Source of the DNA: Patescibacteria group bacterium
GTDB lineage: Bacteria; Patescibacteriota; Minisyncoccia; 2-02-FULL-40-12; IGHO2-01-FULL-4-A
Assembly (NCBI GenBank): GCA_038064915.1
Contig: JBBTSB010000005.1
Location: forward strand, 10,615 to 74,614
Reading direction: 5' to 3'
Length of the DNA stretch: 64,000 nucleotides
A program made the translations under genes and the position numbers. This document shows, piece by piece, positions 63,008 to 64,000 of the stretch. Numbering within the stretch: position 1 is the first letter of the stretch; the number at the start of each line of letters is the position of its first letter. Under the pieces are notes generated by a model. The model was not told where the DNA came from. It ran no database searches and saw nothing but the letters and a program-made list of their open reading frames with translations.

Positions 63008-63334
63008 ATGAAGCAAATGTTGGCTATTTTACTGGTTATTTCCTTCATCGGAATTCTCGTCCCGCTTTTTTTGATGGGACATCATGGAAACATTGGCGAT
63101 ACCTCATGTTTGGCGAGCTGCTATATACTGCCGTTTGAAACTTCCGGTAATTTTGCCCAAGCGCTACAAAGCGTCCTTACTATTTTTGCAGTTTTGGCGC
63201 TTGTTGTATTGGGAGCAGTTGGCGTCATATTTTTCAAACAAGATTTTTCATATTCTCGTCACCGACCGCTCGTTTCTTTTCGTCATCAATTCGATCGCTG
63301 GTTTTCTCTTCTCGAACACAGTCCGACTCTTTAG
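63008..63334 (+). CDS. Hypothetical membrane protein (Cys/His-containing)
   Basis: TATAAT-N6-ATG; two TM helices; ends WFSLLEHSPTL. Confidence 0.75.
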   Translation: MKQMLAILLVISFIGILVPLFLMGHHGNIGDTSCLASCYILPFETSGNFAQALQSVLTIFAVLALVVLGAVGVIFFKQDFSYSRHRPLVSFRHQFDRWFSLLEHSPTL

Positions 63335-63371
63335 AAGAACGTTGTAAGCGTAACAGCTTTAATTTTCTTCT

Positions 63372-63866
63372 ATGAACAAATTAATTATTGTAATTGTCAG
63401 TATTCTTGTGCTAGGCGCGATTGTTTGGTACGCGCGGCCAGGCGCAAAAGGAACGAGCGATCCAACAGAAACTCCCACGGGACCAAGTATTCTCACATCT
63501 TCAGAGATGAAGTATGACTTTGGCACGATCTCGATGAAAGACGGCAACATCAGTCATCTCTTTACGGTGACCAACACCGGAACAGAAGCCGTTACCGTCA
63601 GCAAACTCTACACCTCCTGCATGTGTACGACCGCATCCATCATGAACGGCACTGAAAAAGTGGGGCCGTTTGGCATGCCAGGACATGCGGGTATCCCATC
63701 GATCAAGGTTGTTCTTGAGCCTGGAGCATCAACGCAAGTGGAGGCGATCTTTGATCCCAACGCCCACGGACCTGCGGGAGTGGGGAAAATTGAAAGAGTA
63801 GTGATCTTGGAAAATAGCGCAGGAAAGCCGCTTGAGTTAGCTTTTTCTGCTAATGTAACTCCCTAA
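63372..63866 (+). CDS. DUF1573 domain protein
   Basis: YDFGTI, FTVTNTG, TSCMCT and FDPNAHGPAGVG motifs. Confidence 0.88.
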   Translation: MNKLIIVIVSILVLGAIVWYARPGAKGTSDPTETPTGPSILTSSEMKYDFGTISMKDGNISHLFTVTNTGTEAVTVSKLYTSCMCTTASIMNGTEKVGPFGMPGHAGIPSIKVVLEPGASTQVEAIFDPNAHGPAGVGKIERVVILENSAGKPLELAFSANVTP

Positions 63867-63868
63867 AA

Positions 63869-64000
63869 ATGTCTAAAACATTAAAAACGCTCCTGATTAT
63901 CGCAGGATTGGTAGTTGCCTTTGTCGTTGTCATGAGACTGGGAACCGCTGGAACGGAGCTTACCTGGAACATCAGTCGGCAGGGAACCTGGCTTTTGCCG
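63869..64000 (+). CDS. Membrane protein, 5' part (possibly CcdA-like)
   Basis: MSKTLKTLLIIAGLVVAFVVVMRLGTAG...GTWLLP open to the window end; family guessed from context only. Confidence 0.55.
   Translation, partial: MSKTLKTLLIIAGLVVAFVVVMRLGTAGTELTWNISRQGTWLLP

Overview
This is a 64 kb chromosomal window from a small-genome bacterium of Patescibacteria/CPR (Parcubacteria-like) type. That assignment is inferred from the compact, often shortened housekeeping proteins, near-zero intergenic space, an IleRS with an inserted His-phosphatase domain and tRNA-Arg(GCG). The genetic code is standard (TGA stops, frameshifted prfB present). The backbone carries translation genes (pth, argS, ileS, glyQS, prfB, rpsO, smpB/ssrA, pnp, five tRNAs), DNA repair and transformation genes (dprA, topA, recG, holA, polA, yraN, comM, xer, recO, rarA), ftsEX, purH and glgA/GH57. 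The most notable signals are: (1) an intact-looking tRNA-Ser with the near-forbidden anticodon ACU in tandem with tRNA-Ser(GCU); (2) two expression grammars, with many genes looking leaderless (-10 box 5-7 nt before ATG) while three scattered GC-rich orphan units have full sigma70 promoters, strong SD sequences and their own 3' hairpins; (3) several families of small palindromic or MITE-like elements, some flanking small nucleases (DUF559, GIY-YIG) and some inside or at the starts of genes, plus 7-nt-periodic repeats translated inside essential proteins; (4) a 163-bp tandem unit anchored on the tRNA-Gln 3' end; (5) a tandem array of paralogous surface proteins and B-box-like Zn-finger membrane proteins behind a RelE toxin-antitoxin pair; (6) a large S8/FG-GAP surface protein lacking the catalytic Asp. 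All calls come from reading the sequence, and no searches were run.
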